Assembly (NCBI GenBank): GCA_964366415.1
Contig: CAYITG010000001.1
Coordinates: forward strand, 11,649-75,648
Source of the DNA: Candidatus Woesearchaeota archaeon
GTDB taxonomy: Archaea; Nanobdellota; Nanobdellia; SCGC-AAA011-G17; UBA489
Reading direction: 5' to 3'
DNA: 64,000 bases
Both the position numbers and the translations under genes were made by a program. The notes beneath the pieces are model-generated. The model was not told the DNA's origin, searched no databases, and saw nothing but the letters and a program-made list of their open reading frames with translations. Each line of letters opens with the position of its first letter. Positions within the stretch are counted from its first letter, which is position 1. Below are positions 37,001 through 45,736 of the stretch, in pieces.

Positions 37001-37742
37001 GGGAAGAGTCCATTGGTTGAAAACGTATCAGATTCCTACAGGAGGAAGAACAACGAAAGGAAAAGCCTTGGTGAATTTGATTCATTTGAAACAAGGAGAA
37101 ACAGTAAGTACATTATTACCTGTTGAAAGCTTTTCAGCTACACATTATTTATGTATGGTCACGAAGCAGGGTGTGGTCAAAAGAGTTGCCTTGAATGCTT
37201 TTGAGAATCCACGCAAAGGAGGCATATTAGCTATTGGACTACAAGAGAAAGATGAACTTGTTTCTGTTCAAGTGACGCATGGCCAAGATGTTTTGATGAT
37301 TGCGACAGAACAAGGCAGCGCTGCCAAGTTCAAAGAGGAAGATGTTCGACCGATGGGACGAGCAGCTGGCGGCGTTCGAGGTATTAAGTTAGAACAAGGA
37401 GATGCTGTTGTAGGTATGGAGAAAGTTCTTGCAGGAGATACGATCTTAACGGTAACTGCGAGAGGATATGGGAAGAGAAGCACAGAAGATGAATATCGAT
37501 TGATTCATCGTGGTGGAAAGGGCGTTACTAATATTCAGATGAATGAGCGTAATGGTAAGGTTGTTGGCATTAAATGCGTGAAAGATACTGATAGCGTGTT
37601 GTTTGCCACAGAACAAGGCATTATGATCAGAGTTGCTGTCAAAGACATTAGCGTCATCGGTAGAGCGACAATGGGATTCAGACTCATGACATTAAAAGAA
37701 GGAGACACTGTCAAGAGTGTGGCAACTGTTGTTGGAGAATAA
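34032..37742 (+). CDS. gyrA: DNA gyrase subunit A, interrupted in frame by an intein
   Basis: Contains [18 protein letters not shown] and [19 protein letters not shown]. The catalytic AAMRY | TEARL is split by 437 aa. C-terminal beta-pinwheel repeats are present. The extein sum is 799 aa. Confidence 0.95.
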   Translation: MPEDIQQRLIEQEMKENYVDYAMSVIISRALPDIRDGLKPVHRRILYSMWKLGLTHTAKSRKSAHVVGNVMARYHPHGDTAIYDSLVRMAQDFSLRYPLIQGQGNFGNIDGDRAAAMRYCVTGDSLIVTNKGLVRINGLSDTEEIDAKVLSKDKKVHHASKWFDSGEHPTLKITTNKGYRLTGTHNHPVLTLQKDEHGKPSLRWKLLEEIQEGDFVVLDRLGDDFFPKKEVSLDQFFPQNLHYRTKKRILPRTLSKDLSFILGSFVAEGSITEKKIEFCNTDKEWIELLEEKWNTLFPDSKLHKFKRRPSSYGKKEYYRLECHCRHTIKFLQNIGLDPVKSAKKEFPQLVLQSPKDVVSYFLKAYFEGDGSISFSRKMVELSCCSISEKLIDVLQVVLLRFGIDATKRFDPYRKTWKLYLRGNRNVLRFYKEIGFFSLHKTKKLEFVISNYEKEQSLTDYVPFLSDYLRGMSTARDIHHYNIDRYNHLGARAENISSIILQETGQDVSQMIGYLLTYQYLFEPVIKIENAGIQNVYSIKVESDCHSFISNGIISHNTEARLHKIAEELLEDIEKDTVDFVPNYDNSTTEPVVLPSKLPNLLINGSSGIAVGMATNIPPHNIGEIIQGLIAVIDKPDLTVDELFQYIKGPDFPTAAQIIGTTGIKEAYRTGRGKIVVKGKAVVEDHKIIITEIPYMVNKGLLIEDMARLVREDVLEGISDIRDESDRQGMSIVIEVKKNAEPEVVLNQLYKHTTLRSVFGVIMLAIHEKKPVVMNLKDMLAHFIAHRKTVVTRRTQHELKKSEEKAHLLLGLKIALEHVDDVVKLIKQAETVEIARIGLMTTYQLSELQANAILDMKLQRLTSLETEKLKREYEETLLFIERCKEILGSELKIYTIIKDELSQLQKSYADDRRTVILENEEQEVTEDLIQEEEVVVTLTTAGYIKQIPLSVYREQKRGGMGVKGTGIKEEDAVDTLFVTSNKNYLLLFTNEGRVHWLKTYQIPTGGRTTKGKALVNLIHLKQGETVSTLLPVESFSATHYLCMVTKQGVVKRVALNAFENPRKGGILAIGLQEKDELVSVQVTHGQDVLMIATEQGSAAKFKEEDVRPMGRAAGGVRGIKLEQGDAVVGMEKVLAGDTILTVTARGYGKRSTEDEYRLIHRGGKGVTNIQMNERNGKVVGIKCVKDTDSVLFATEQGIMIRVAVKDISVIGRATMGFRLMTLKEGDTVKSVATVVGE
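34389..35699 (+). mobile_element. GyrA intein (437 aa) with a LAGLIDADG homing endonuclease domain
   Basis: Starts with Cys1 (CVTGDSLIV). Block B is LTGTHNHPV. The two LAGLIDADG motifs are [10 protein letters not shown] and [11 protein letters not shown]. It ends ...[22 protein letters not shown], followed by the +1 Thr. Confidence 0.9.
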
Positions 37743-37744
37743 CT

Positions 37745-38275
37745 ATGGGCGGCGTTATCATTCCTTGCGCTCATATTACCCTTTTAGATCAACCACTTAT
37801 TTTCTTGGCTGGTCCTATGAAGGGAGCTCCGCTTTGGCAGGATGATGCTATCCAATATATTTTATCACAACGATCTGATATCATTGTTGCTTCACCTCGT
37901 AAGGGAATTCGACCAGCCATCGAACAACACATTTTTGATGGTGAACATGATTATTTTTCTCGAACACGTGCATGGGAACGCCATTATATTGAACTTGCTG
38001 CATGTGGATCTCAAGGAGGGGCTCTTTTGTTTTGGCTTCCTGGAGAGATTGAACATCACTGTGATAAATCTTATGGAGCCATGACGCGCTTGGAGCTTGG
38101 CCAATGGATGACTCGTTATAATCGTGATTCCTCTATTCGCCTTTGCATTGGCACTGATGGACACTTTTCAGAATTTGAAACTATTGCTTATGATCTTTCT
38201 CTTGATGTTCCTGATAAGAAAGTACATAGAACCCTTGAAGAGACGTGTCGTGCTGCGTTAGACTTGATTTTGTAG
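37745..38275 (+). CDS. Hypothetical protein, weakly nucleoside 2-deoxyribosyltransferase-like
   Basis: 176 aa. LIFLAGPMKGAPLWQ and LFWLPGE...TRLELGQW recall the Nuc_deoxyri_tr2-type family, recalled from memory only. Confidence 0.4.
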   Translation: MGGVIIPCAHITLLDQPLIFLAGPMKGAPLWQDDAIQYILSQRSDIIVASPRKGIRPAIEQHIFDGEHDYFSRTRAWERHYIELAACGSQGGALLFWLPGEIEHHCDKSYGAMTRLELGQWMTRYNRDSSIRLCIGTDGHFSEFETIAYDLSLDVPDKKVHRTLEETCRAALDLIL

Positions 38276-38424
38276 ATTTGTCAATTCTTGCTGTTGTACT
38301 AGTAATCCTGATTAAGTCCTTTCTGAAAGAGCAGGAGTTAATTTGGAGTTAGGAGAAAATAGGTGGTTGGATTTGATTGGGAAATCTTCCATCATATCAT
38401 AATAAATTTCATGTTTTTCTTTAG

Positions 38425-38862
38425 TTACATTTGCCCTTTATATTTTTGGTCAAAATCCACCATCCATTCAATACCAAATTTGTCTCGAAACATTCCAAAG
38501 TAAGAACCCCAAGGACTGTCGGCAATTGGCATTTCAATTTGTCCACCTGCTGAAAGTCCATTAAATAATTTGTCTGCTTCTTCTTTGCTTTCTGCACTTA
38601 TTGAAATTTTACTTCTGTTTTCGTTTTCGTTTACCCGTCCCATAATTTCTGGGACGTCGTTTGCCATCAAGATGTTTTTACCAATAGGCAAAGCAATGTG
38701 CATTATTTTATTTGCCTCATTTTCTGCGACTGGAAATTCAGGGCCTGATATGTCTTTGAAACGGATAATTTTTGCGAACTCTCCACCAAACACTGATTTG
38801 TAAAATGTAAATGCTTCTTCTGCATTTCCATTGAAGTTAATGTGAGGATTGATTGTTGCCAT
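38425..38862 (-). CDS. VOC/glyoxalase-fold protein, PhnB-like
   Basis: 145 aa containing INPHINFNGNAEEAFTFYKSVFGGE...MHIAL...SPWGSYFGMFRDKFGIEWMV. Confidence 0.75.
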   Translation of the reverse strand: MATINPHINFNGNAEEAFTFYKSVFGGEFAKIIRFKDISGPEFPVAENEANKIMHIALPIGKNILMANDVPEIMGRVNENENRSKISISAESKEEADKLFNGLSAGGQIEMPIADSPWGSYFGMFRDKFGIEWMVDFDQKYKGQM

Positions 38863-39011
38863 AATATCCTATTTTGGCAAAACTTCTATTTAAATCTTTC
38901 TCAGGATTTGGTGACTTTTAATTTACAGCTCATCGGATGCTAACATTTATATATCATGCCTCTGTGATTTCTTTTGTGGGACATAACAAAAAACAACAAG
39001 CACATCGCGCC

Positions 39012-39113
39012 ATGGATGAAGTTCCGCAAGGCGAAGGAACATGTTCTTTCTGTCATAAGAAAGTACAATCTTTAAAGGATCATATTTTGGATCAACATAA
39101 AGAAGAAATTTAA
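39012..39113 (+). CDS. Possible micro-protein with a C2H2-like zinc knuckle (33 aa; 45 aa if the GTG at 38976 is used)
   Basis: This ORF is not in the track. The product is MDEVPQGEGTCSFCHKKVQSLKDHILDQHKEEI. A TATA-like atttatata lies at about 38945-38953. It stops 1 nt before the convergent aIF2-gamma stop. Confidence 0.3.
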   Translation: MDEVPQGEGTCSFCHKKVQSLKDHILDQHKEEI

Positions 39114-39114
39114 T

Positions 39115-40410
39115 TTAAACAATTGTTCCAAAACCTATCAAACGCCATCTATTTCCAATCATTCTGCTAATGGTAATGCGATCTTCTTTTGAGCAGCACA
39201 CAGGAATTTTTAATCGTACATGAAACTGATCTTTCTTAATATCTGTGACAACACCGACGGTTGCTGCTGCGTTGACATTCAACATTAATGACTCTAACTT
39301 TTTGATAGGATCGACTTTTAGTTCTTCTTTTGAACCAACAACACGCTCTAATAATTTTGGACTTACTGCAAACTCTTCCCAGACTGGAGGCAATTGACCT
39401 GGAAGACCTGCGATATTTCCCGTCAGTGAATCAGATTTTACGTAGAATGGATCTAAGGTTGTTTGCACTCCAATAGAACCCCCAGGATGTGCTTCTTGTA
39501 GCGCTACTGTTCCTGTTTGTAAACCTGCGATCTTTGTGGTAATAGGTTTTGTTGTGCGTTTTCCATCTTTTTCTATGGAAATACCAGGACGGATTTCAAT
39601 ATCCTGGTGTATTTTGAACGTTCCTTGCTTTAATGATCCCCCGAGAATACCTCCGGCAAGATCCTTGATGGCTGTGCCTGGACGGTTGACATCGAAACTA
39701 CGTGCAATAAACATCAATGGTGGTTTTGAAGCATCTCGCTGCGGCGTGGGAACATTTTCTTCAATGGCTTGAATGAGAATATGGACATTCGCTTTATGCT
39801 GCGCTGAAATAGGAATAATTGGGGCGTTTTCTGCAATCGTTCCTTTGACAAATGCTTTAATTTGTTGATAGTTCTTGAGTGAATCTTCCTTTGATACTAG
39901 ATCGATTTTGTTTTGTGCGATAATAATATTTTTACATCCAATAATTTCCAATGCTGTCAAATGCTCTTTTGTTTGTGGTTGTGGACAGGATTCGTTTGCA
40001 GCGATAAGAAGAATGGCCGCATCCATGATAGCGGCACCAGATAACATCGTTGCCATTAATGACTCATGACCAGGAGCATCTACGAATGAAACTTTTCGTG
40101 TTGGTGTTGCAGGAGATGAACACTGAGAACATGTTGGTGTGGAGCCATATATATTGCACTTTGCGCATTTGTAAAATGTTGCATCTGCATATCCTAATCG
40201 AATGGTAATTCCCCGCTTGATTTCTTCAGAATGTGTGTCAGTCCATTTACCTGTCAATGCTTTTGTTAATGTTGTTTTTCCATTATCTACTTGTCCAACC
40301 ATCCCAATGTTAATGACTGGCTGGGTAGAAATATGGGAAGAAGTCTTATGCTCTTTTATTGTAACTTTATCTTTAGGCTTTGTTGTCGTTTTTTTTGGTG
40401 TTGCAGGCAT
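39115..40410 (-). CDS. eif2g: Translation initiation factor aIF2 gamma subunit
   Basis: 431 aa. It has the G domain (GQVDNGKTTL, DAPGHE, NKID), the zinc ribbon CAKC...CSQC and domains II/III. Confidence 0.95.
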   Translation of the reverse strand: MPATPKKTTTKPKDKVTIKEHKTSSHISTQPVINIGMVGQVDNGKTTLTKALTGKWTDTHSEEIKRGITIRLGYADATFYKCAKCNIYGSTPTCSQCSSPATPTRKVSFVDAPGHESLMATMLSGAAIMDAAILLIAANESCPQPQTKEHLTALEIIGCKNIIIAQNKIDLVSKEDSLKNYQQIKAFVKGTIAENAPIIPISAQHKANVHILIQAIEENVPTPQRDASKPPLMFIARSFDVNRPGTAIKDLAGGILGGSLKQGTFKIHQDIEIRPGISIEKDGKRTTKPITTKIAGLQTGTVALQEAHPGGSIGVQTTLDPFYVKSDSLTGNIAGLPGQLPPVWEEFAVSPKLLERVVGSKEELKVDPIKKLESLMLNVNAAATVGVVTDIKKDQFHVRLKIPVCCSKEDRITISRMIGNRWRLIGFGTIV

Positions 40411-40415
40411 GTTTT

Positions 40416-40895
40416 TTATTCTTTCTTTGCTTCCTTCTTTTCTTCTTTCTTTGGTTTAGTTTCAGCCTTTTGTTCTGCAGGTGGAGCGGCTGTAGTTTCT
40501 GCTTTTGCTTCCTCTTTTGGCTGAATACCTAACAATTCTGGAACTGATTTTGTTCCTGCTTTGGTGACTTTCAAATTAACTTGTGCTGTGGAAACTGAAA
40601 CAGTGTTTCCTGCTACTGTTTTACGTCTTCGAATACCTGGCTTTTTGATTTCACGTGCTCCTAATCCGCGAGACATCAATAATGATTTGCGAGCAGCGCC
40701 TTCAACATATCCTAACATAGGGAATCCAGAACCATCTGATCCTCCAGTGATTTGGAGTTCGTATCCTGTCAATCCTAATGCACTTCCAGGAACAGCTTCT
40801 CCTATCTTTTTTCCTGTAAAGAACTGCTCTTCTAAGGTCTTTTGATAGGTTTTTCCTGTTTTAGGATCGCTGATGACATAGCGTATTTCTGCCAT
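40416..40895 (-). CDS. rps6e: Ribosomal protein S6e (eS6) with a K/E/A-rich tail
   Basis: ISDPKTGKTYQKTLEE...LQITGGSDGSGFPM matches S6e. A palindromic TATA lies 23 nt upstream of the ATG. Confidence 0.9.
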   Translation of the reverse strand: MAEIRYVISDPKTGKTYQKTLEEQFFTGKKIGEAVPGSALGLTGYELQITGGSDGSGFPMLGYVEGAARKSLLMSRGLGAREIKKPGIRRRKTVAGNTVSVSTAQVNLKVTKAGTKSVPELLGIQPKEEAKAETTAAPPAEQKAETKPKKEEKKEAKKE

Positions 40896-40917
40896 AGGAA
40901 AGTACTACTTTGGACTC

Positions 40918-40925
40918 TTTATAAA
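40918..40925. promoter_or_regulatory. Palindromic TATA box (tttataaa) upstream of rps6e, possibly bidirectional
   Basis: It lies 23 nt from the rps6e ATG (40895, minus strand). On the plus strand it lies about 70 nt upstream of the GC-rich structured element. Confidence 0.5.
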
Positions 40926-40997
40926 GCTTTTTGGAGAATATTGCCTTGTCCTAAATAGTTTCTCAAAGAAAGGCTTAGTTGTGTAATATGATTCTTA

Positions 40998-41074
40998 GAA
41001 ACACTTCGGCTCGCATGGTGCAAGGTCGATTTGCCCAGTGTGTTTCCCTCCAATGCGTGCTCCGCAAGGAGCAC
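40998..41074. ncRNA. Candidate structured small RNA (GC-rich element in an AT-rich spacer); class unknown
   Basis: The 7-bp helix gaaacac (40998-41004) / gtgtttc (41040-41046) encloses further short pairings. A perfect 7-bp hairpin gtgctcc-GCAA-ggagcac (41057-41074, GNRA loop) follows, then a T-rich sequence. Confidence 0.3.
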
Positions 41075-41199
41075 TTTGAGTTAATAAAAATGTCTAAGAC
41101 TTAGATAAGGCAGGAGAATATATGTTCTTTAACATAAGAGAAATTAAGATGCAATCTTTTATATCCTTTTATAACTCCTTAGTGGTAAAAATAGAAAGG

Positions 41200-41208
41200 T
41201 TTATAAAT
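41200..41208 (+). promoter_or_regulatory. TATA box upstream of the aaRS operon
   Basis: tttataaat lies 57 nt upstream of the tyrS ATG. A second A/T-rich TATA-like run lies at about 41217-41232. Confidence 0.4.
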
Positions 41209-41264
41209 GAATATTCTTTTAAAAATTATAAGTCTTATTAAGGAAAATCTATTCGTAGTACAAC

Positions 41265-42473
41265 ATGACTCTTGAAGATCAGTTAATGGAAATTGCAAGG
41301 GGTACAGTGGGTATCCTCACAGAAGGTGAACTAATCAAAAAACTGAAGCTTAATAGATCTCTTAATATAAAATTTGGAGTTGATCCAACCGCCCCAGATA
41401 TCCATTTAGGCCATACTGTTCCCTTACAAAAGTTGAAGCAATTCCAGGATTTAGGACACAACGTTCAATTGATTATTGGGGATTATACTGCGGCGATAGG
41501 AGACCCTAGTGGAAGGAGTGAAACAAGACCTACATTAAGTAGAGAAGAAATAGAAGAGAATATGGGAACATATCAAAAACAAGTTTTTAAAGTTCTTGAC
41601 CCAAATAAAACGACGTTATTTTACAATAGTGCCTGGCTGAATCAATTTTCCGGAACAGATATGATTGGACTAGGCTCAAAATATACTGTTCAACAACTTC
41701 TGCGAAGAAGAGACTTTGGAGAAAGAATGAAACAGAATAAACCTTTATCGGTTACTGAATTGTTATATCCGCTTCTTGTCGGTTATGATTCGGTGCATCT
41801 TCATAGCGATATAGAAATTGGTGGTACAGATCAATTATTTAATTTTATGGCTAGTAGAGAAATACAAAAAGCATATGGCCAAGATCCAGAGGTCGTCATA
41901 ACTCTTCCATTGTTAGAAGGAATAGATGGAATAAAGAAAATGAGCAAAAGTCTTGGAAACGCAATTGCCGTTAATGATCATCCAAGCGATATGTATGGAA
42001 AAATAATGTCTATAGATGATAATCTTATGTTAAGGTACTATGAACTCTTATCTGAAACTCCTTTAGATGAACTCCAAATGATAAGAACAGACGTCGCATC
42101 AGGTAATGTAAATCCTATGGAATACAAACAAAGATTGGCAAAAGAATTAGTCTCTAAATATCATGGACAAGATTCTGCCGTATTAGCTGAAGATAGGTTT
42201 AACAGAATTCATAGACAAAAAACTATTCCTAGTCAATTAGAGGAAATAACAATAGTTTATTCGACAGAAGCTGATTTGTCAATTATTGGGATACTTAGAA
42301 AAATTGGAAGAGCAAAGTCTAACAACGAAGCCAGAAGACTCATAGAACAAAGAGGGGTGAGAGTGAACGACGATGTAATAACTGATTTTAGTTACATTCT
42401 TCCCCCAGAAAGTAATCAAATTATACAAATCGGAAAAAGATATTTCAGAAGATTGAACTGCGAAAAGGCTTAA
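41265..42473 (+). CDS. tyrS: Tyrosyl-tRNA synthetase, bacterial type (with S4-like C-terminal domain)
   Basis: 402 aa containing GVDPTAPDIHLGH (HIGH), IIGDYTAAIGDPSGRSETRP, KMSKSLGN and the C-terminal ARRLIEQRGVRVNDDVI. Confidence 0.9.
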   Translation: MTLEDQLMEIARGTVGILTEGELIKKLKLNRSLNIKFGVDPTAPDIHLGHTVPLQKLKQFQDLGHNVQLIIGDYTAAIGDPSGRSETRPTLSREEIEENMGTYQKQVFKVLDPNKTTLFYNSAWLNQFSGTDMIGLGSKYTVQQLLRRRDFGERMKQNKPLSVTELLYPLLVGYDSVHLHSDIEIGGTDQLFNFMASREIQKAYGQDPEVVITLPLLEGIDGIKKMSKSLGNAIAVNDHPSDMYGKIMSIDDNLMLRYYELLSETPLDELQMIRTDVASGNVNPMEYKQRLAKELVSKYHGQDSAVLAEDRFNRIHRQKTIPSQLEEITIVYSTEADLSIIGILRKIGRAKSNNEARRLIEQRGVRVNDDVITDFSYILPPESNQIIQIGKRYFRRLNCEKA

Positions 42474-42517
42474 CTTTTTTAGTATATCTTTATAAATAAG
42501 CGTTGTTTGCTGAGTTT

Positions 42518-43546
42518 ATGGCGGAAAACATAAAAGAAAGATTTAACTTAATAACAAGAAATTTACAAGAAGTTTTAGTAGAAACTGAACTCAAAGATTT
42601 GCTCAAGAAAAAAAATGAGATTTCTGTCTACTGGGGAACTATGCCAACAGGCAGTATCTCGGTAGCATATTTCTTTCCCATGTTAAAAATTGCTGACTTT
42701 TTGAAGGCAAATTTAAGAGTAAAAATATTAATTGCAGATTTGCATGCAGCATTAGATGGCGTCCCCTGGGAACTATTGGGAAAAAGAACGGAATATTACA
42801 AAAGAGCAATAATTGTTATATTGAAAACAATAGGGGTAGATACTAAAAAATTAGAATTTATTAAGGGTAGCGATATTCAATTAAATGATAAATATTTTCA
42901 TCACGTTCTAAGGTTAAGTACGATCTCTTCTATAAATGAATGTAAAAAAGCTTCTTCTGAAGTAATAAAAGCTAAAGAGAACCCTTTACTCGCCGGATTA
43001 ATTTACCCAATTATGCAAGCATTAGATGAAGAATATCTCAACGTCGATATACAATTTGCTGGACTCGACCAAAGAAAGATTATGGTATTTGCAAGAGAAA
43101 ACCTTCCAAAAATCGGTTTTCGGCCGAGAATAGAATTAATGACGCCCATGATAAGAGGATTAGTTGGAGAGAAAATGAGTTCTAGTGTAGAAGCGACAAA
43201 AATTGATTTATTAGATAATGAAGAAACAATATTCAAGAAAATAAATAAGGCGGAGTGTGTAGAAGGCGATCCAAACAATGGATTATTGGCTATGCTAAAG
43301 TACTTTATTATGCCTTTTAAACAAGATAATGATAATAAATTTGTTGTTGAAAGGTCTGATAAATTTGGTGGAAATGTCGTGTATGCAAATTATGAACAAA
43401 TAGAAAAAGATTTTTTAGCAAAGAAATTACACCCACTCGATCTAAAAAAAGCTTTAGCTAACGAGATGAGTAAGCTTCTTGCAAATTTTAGGGAAGACAA
43501 TCAACTAAAAGAGTTACATAAGGAAGCTTATCCCATTAAACGCTAG
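42518..43546 (+). CDS. Archaeal-type TyrRS homologue with a degenerate HIGH motif
   Basis: 342 aa, colinear by eye with archaeal TyrRS. It retains ILIADLHAALD, YPIMQALD, GLDQRKI and GEKMSSS. The HIGH position reads PTGSISVAY. Confidence 0.8.
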   Translation: MAENIKERFNLITRNLQEVLVETELKDLLKKKNEISVYWGTMPTGSISVAYFFPMLKIADFLKANLRVKILIADLHAALDGVPWELLGKRTEYYKRAIIVILKTIGVDTKKLEFIKGSDIQLNDKYFHHVLRLSTISSINECKKASSEVIKAKENPLLAGLIYPIMQALDEEYLNVDIQFAGLDQRKIMVFARENLPKIGFRPRIELMTPMIRGLVGEKMSSSVEATKIDLLDNEETIFKKINKAECVEGDPNNGLLAMLKYFIMPFKQDNDNKFVVERSDKFGGNVVYANYEQIEKDFLAKKLHPLDLKKALANEMSKLLANFREDNQLKELHKEAYPIKR

Positions 43547-43553
43547 TCATAAA

Positions 43554-44627
43554 ATGATGAATAAAAAGAGGAGAAAAAATGTTGTTTTTGATAGATTATA
43601 TTATGACTCTATCATGAAAGAATTTGGTTATAACCCTCTAGCATTTGAAAAGATTAATTTTTCTTTAGGGAATCTAAAAAAAGATGACCTCCAAAGGATG
43701 TGGTTATGCCACCATGATGGAAACACTTTTGCTAAAGACCTAGAAAAAGGGAAAAAAGTAATTGTGAGTACTGGGTTTGGCCTCTCTGGAGAACCACATA
43801 TTGGGACATTATCCCAGATTTTAAGATCAATAGCGTTACAAAAAGCAGGTATTCCGGTTCAAATTGTTTTAGGTGATTTAGATGCTTACAATGGAAAAAT
43901 GACACCCTTAAAAAAAACACGAGAATTGGCAAAAAAATATAAAAAATTTATTACTTCTTTAGGTTTTAATCCAAAACAAGGATCTATTCTCAGAGCACAG
44001 TATGATGAACTAGATGTTTTAAGGACCTCATATGTGATAGGTCACTTTATGGATGATGATATATTTAATGAAGCTGAAGAGGATCTTCATTTCTTTTATC
44101 ACAAAAGAGGAAAGGTAGATAAAGAAATGAGTTACAGAAGAAAATTATCTTTGAATCTTATGATTGCAGATTTTATACACTTACATTTTAAACATCAATA
44201 TAAAAATGTTTTAGTCATGTTGGGAATGGACGAACATCAATACGTTAGATTCGGTAAAGAGATAGTTAAGAGAATGAAAGAATGCAAGCAATTTGAAAAT
44301 TTTGATATGACTCTCTCTGCAATATATTCTCCTATGATAAAAGGATTCTTTAATTATCCTAAAATGTCAAAAAGTTTTCCGAAGTCAAGCATTAGTGTAA
44401 ACATGAAACCACAAGAAATAAGGAATAAAATAATCTATGGTGAAGGAAAATATGACAAACCAGAAAATAATGTTGTTTATCAAATGATGACTTCTGTAAG
44501 TTTTTACACGGCGAAGGAAATTAAAGAACTATACGATTTATGCTTAGATGGCGGGCAGAGTTGGAAAAATGCAAAGAAAGAATATGCGGAGGTATTAATA
44601 AAAATCTGTTCAAAATGGAAAAATTAA
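43554..44627 (+). CDS. Class-Ic aaRS, archaeal/eukaryal TrpRS-like
   Basis: 357 aa containing STGFGLSGEPHIGTL (HIGH as HIGT), VLGDLDAYNGK, GMDEHQY and KMSKSFP. A ~65-aa N-terminal extension resembles that of archaeal TrpRS. Confidence 0.7.
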   Translation: MMNKKRRKNVVFDRLYYDSIMKEFGYNPLAFEKINFSLGNLKKDDLQRMWLCHHDGNTFAKDLEKGKKVIVSTGFGLSGEPHIGTLSQILRSIALQKAGIPVQIVLGDLDAYNGKMTPLKKTRELAKKYKKFITSLGFNPKQGSILRAQYDELDVLRTSYVIGHFMDDDIFNEAEEDLHFFYHKRGKVDKEMSYRRKLSLNLMIADFIHLHFKHQYKNVLVMLGMDEHQYVRFGKEIVKRMKECKQFENFDMTLSAIYSPMIKGFFNYPKMSKSFPKSSISVNMKPQEIRNKIIYGEGKYDKPENNVVYQMMTSVSFYTAKEIKELYDLCLDGGQSWKNAKKEYAEVLIKICSKWKN

Positions 44628-45736
44628 AAATTGCTAAAAAGAACGCAGTCAGTGAAGTTTTATATAGACTTAATGTGCAATCAAAAATAGATTTAAGATT
44701 GCTAGAAGAAGCTTTTGACTCTATTTTGTCTAACTATAAACGATCTATAAGAGATATTCAACTTGGAGCTATCCTTACCGGAATAATGGCGAGGGGTCCT
44801 ACAACTGATGAAATCGTAACTTTATTGAAATCTGTTTTTAAATTAGATAAGTTTAACCCAAGAAATAAATATAAAATAAATATGCCTAAAAATGAGCTAT
44901 TAGTCGGAGCAATAGGCAGTGGAAAAAAAGGAGTAAAAACAATGAATATTTCAACTCCTGCACTCTTGACTGCTGCAAGTGCTGGAGCTTTTACAGCAAA
45001 AGTTGCTTCTTCCTCTACAAGTTCTTTGACAGGTTCTGCTGATTTTTTGCGAGAAGTTGGGATGAACCTTAATATCCCCATTAAAGAAATGGAAAAAGTG
45101 ATTACTAAAACAGGATTTGGTGCATTTACTATAGAAAATCTTTTACCTAAATTTGATTTAGTCTATGCAAAGAGATTTTATGCGCCACATGCCTTAAGTT
45201 TTGGTTTAGCAGCTTTAGCAAGTCCAATTAGGTATGATAGCTTTTTGTATGGATTGGCTCACCCAAACATAACCCTCTCAGTGAATGTATTAAAGAAATT
45301 TGGAATTAGAAATGCAATGGTAGTTTCTACCAGTAATGACGGAATACATTATTTAGATGAAATGGGTGTTTATGGAATAACTAAAATTAAAGGAATACGA
45401 AATGGCAAAATTGGGTATACTAAAGAGTTTAATCCTTTAATTGAACTAAACTTACCGAAGTATTCTCCAAGAGATATTTGTGAAGGGAAGAATAAAAATG
45501 AGAATATAACGATGGTTACAGATGTTTTGAGGGGCAAAGGTGGAAAAGCAAGAGAAGATATAATTTGTATTAATGCTGGTACAGTTCTTTATCTAGCGAA
45601 AAAAGCAAAAGATCTAAAGGAAGGTTATAAAATTTCTAAAGATATTATAAAACATGGGCTTCCCTTTAAGAAGTTATTAGAAGTAGTTAGAGAAAGCGGC
45701 GGAGATGAAAAAAGAATAAAGAGATTTGTGAAATGA
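44615..45736 (+). CDS. TrpD-like glycosyl/phosphoribosyl transferase family 3 protein (divergent)
   Basis: 373 aa containing GAILTGIMARGPTTDEI, GSGKKGVKTMNISTPA and SSLTGSADFLREVGMNL. The internal ATG overlaps the previous gene by 13 nt. Confidence 0.65.
   Translation: MEKLKIAKKNAVSEVLYRLNVQSKIDLRLLEEAFDSILSNYKRSIRDIQLGAILTGIMARGPTTDEIVTLLKSVFKLDKFNPRNKYKINMPKNELLVGAIGSGKKGVKTMNISTPALLTAASAGAFTAKVASSSTSSLTGSADFLREVGMNLNIPIKEMEKVITKTGFGAFTIENLLPKFDLVYAKRFYAPHALSFGLAALASPIRYDSFLYGLAHPNITLSVNVLKKFGIRNAMVVSTSNDGIHYLDEMGVYGITKIKGIRNGKIGYTKEFNPLIELNLPKYSPRDICEGKNKNENITMVTDVLRGKGGKAREDIICINAGTVLYLAKKAKDLKEGYKISKDIIKHGLPFKKLLEVVRESGGDEKRIKRFVK

Noticed and set aside
40202-40845. Plus-strand ORFs antisense to aIF2-gamma and rps6e
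   Set aside because: They lie fully inside confidently identified minus-strand genes and give low-complexity peptides.
41100-41264. Possible T-box leader upstream of the bacterial-type tyrS. 'ttagtggtaaaaa' at about 41179-41191 vaguely resembles the T-box 'AGGGUGGUACC' core.
   Set aside because: Only a few nucleotides match. I found no convincing Stem I/specifier loop with a UAC codon and no terminator/antiterminator pair. T-box regulation is not expected in an archaeal host. It would need an Infernal scan to exclude formally.
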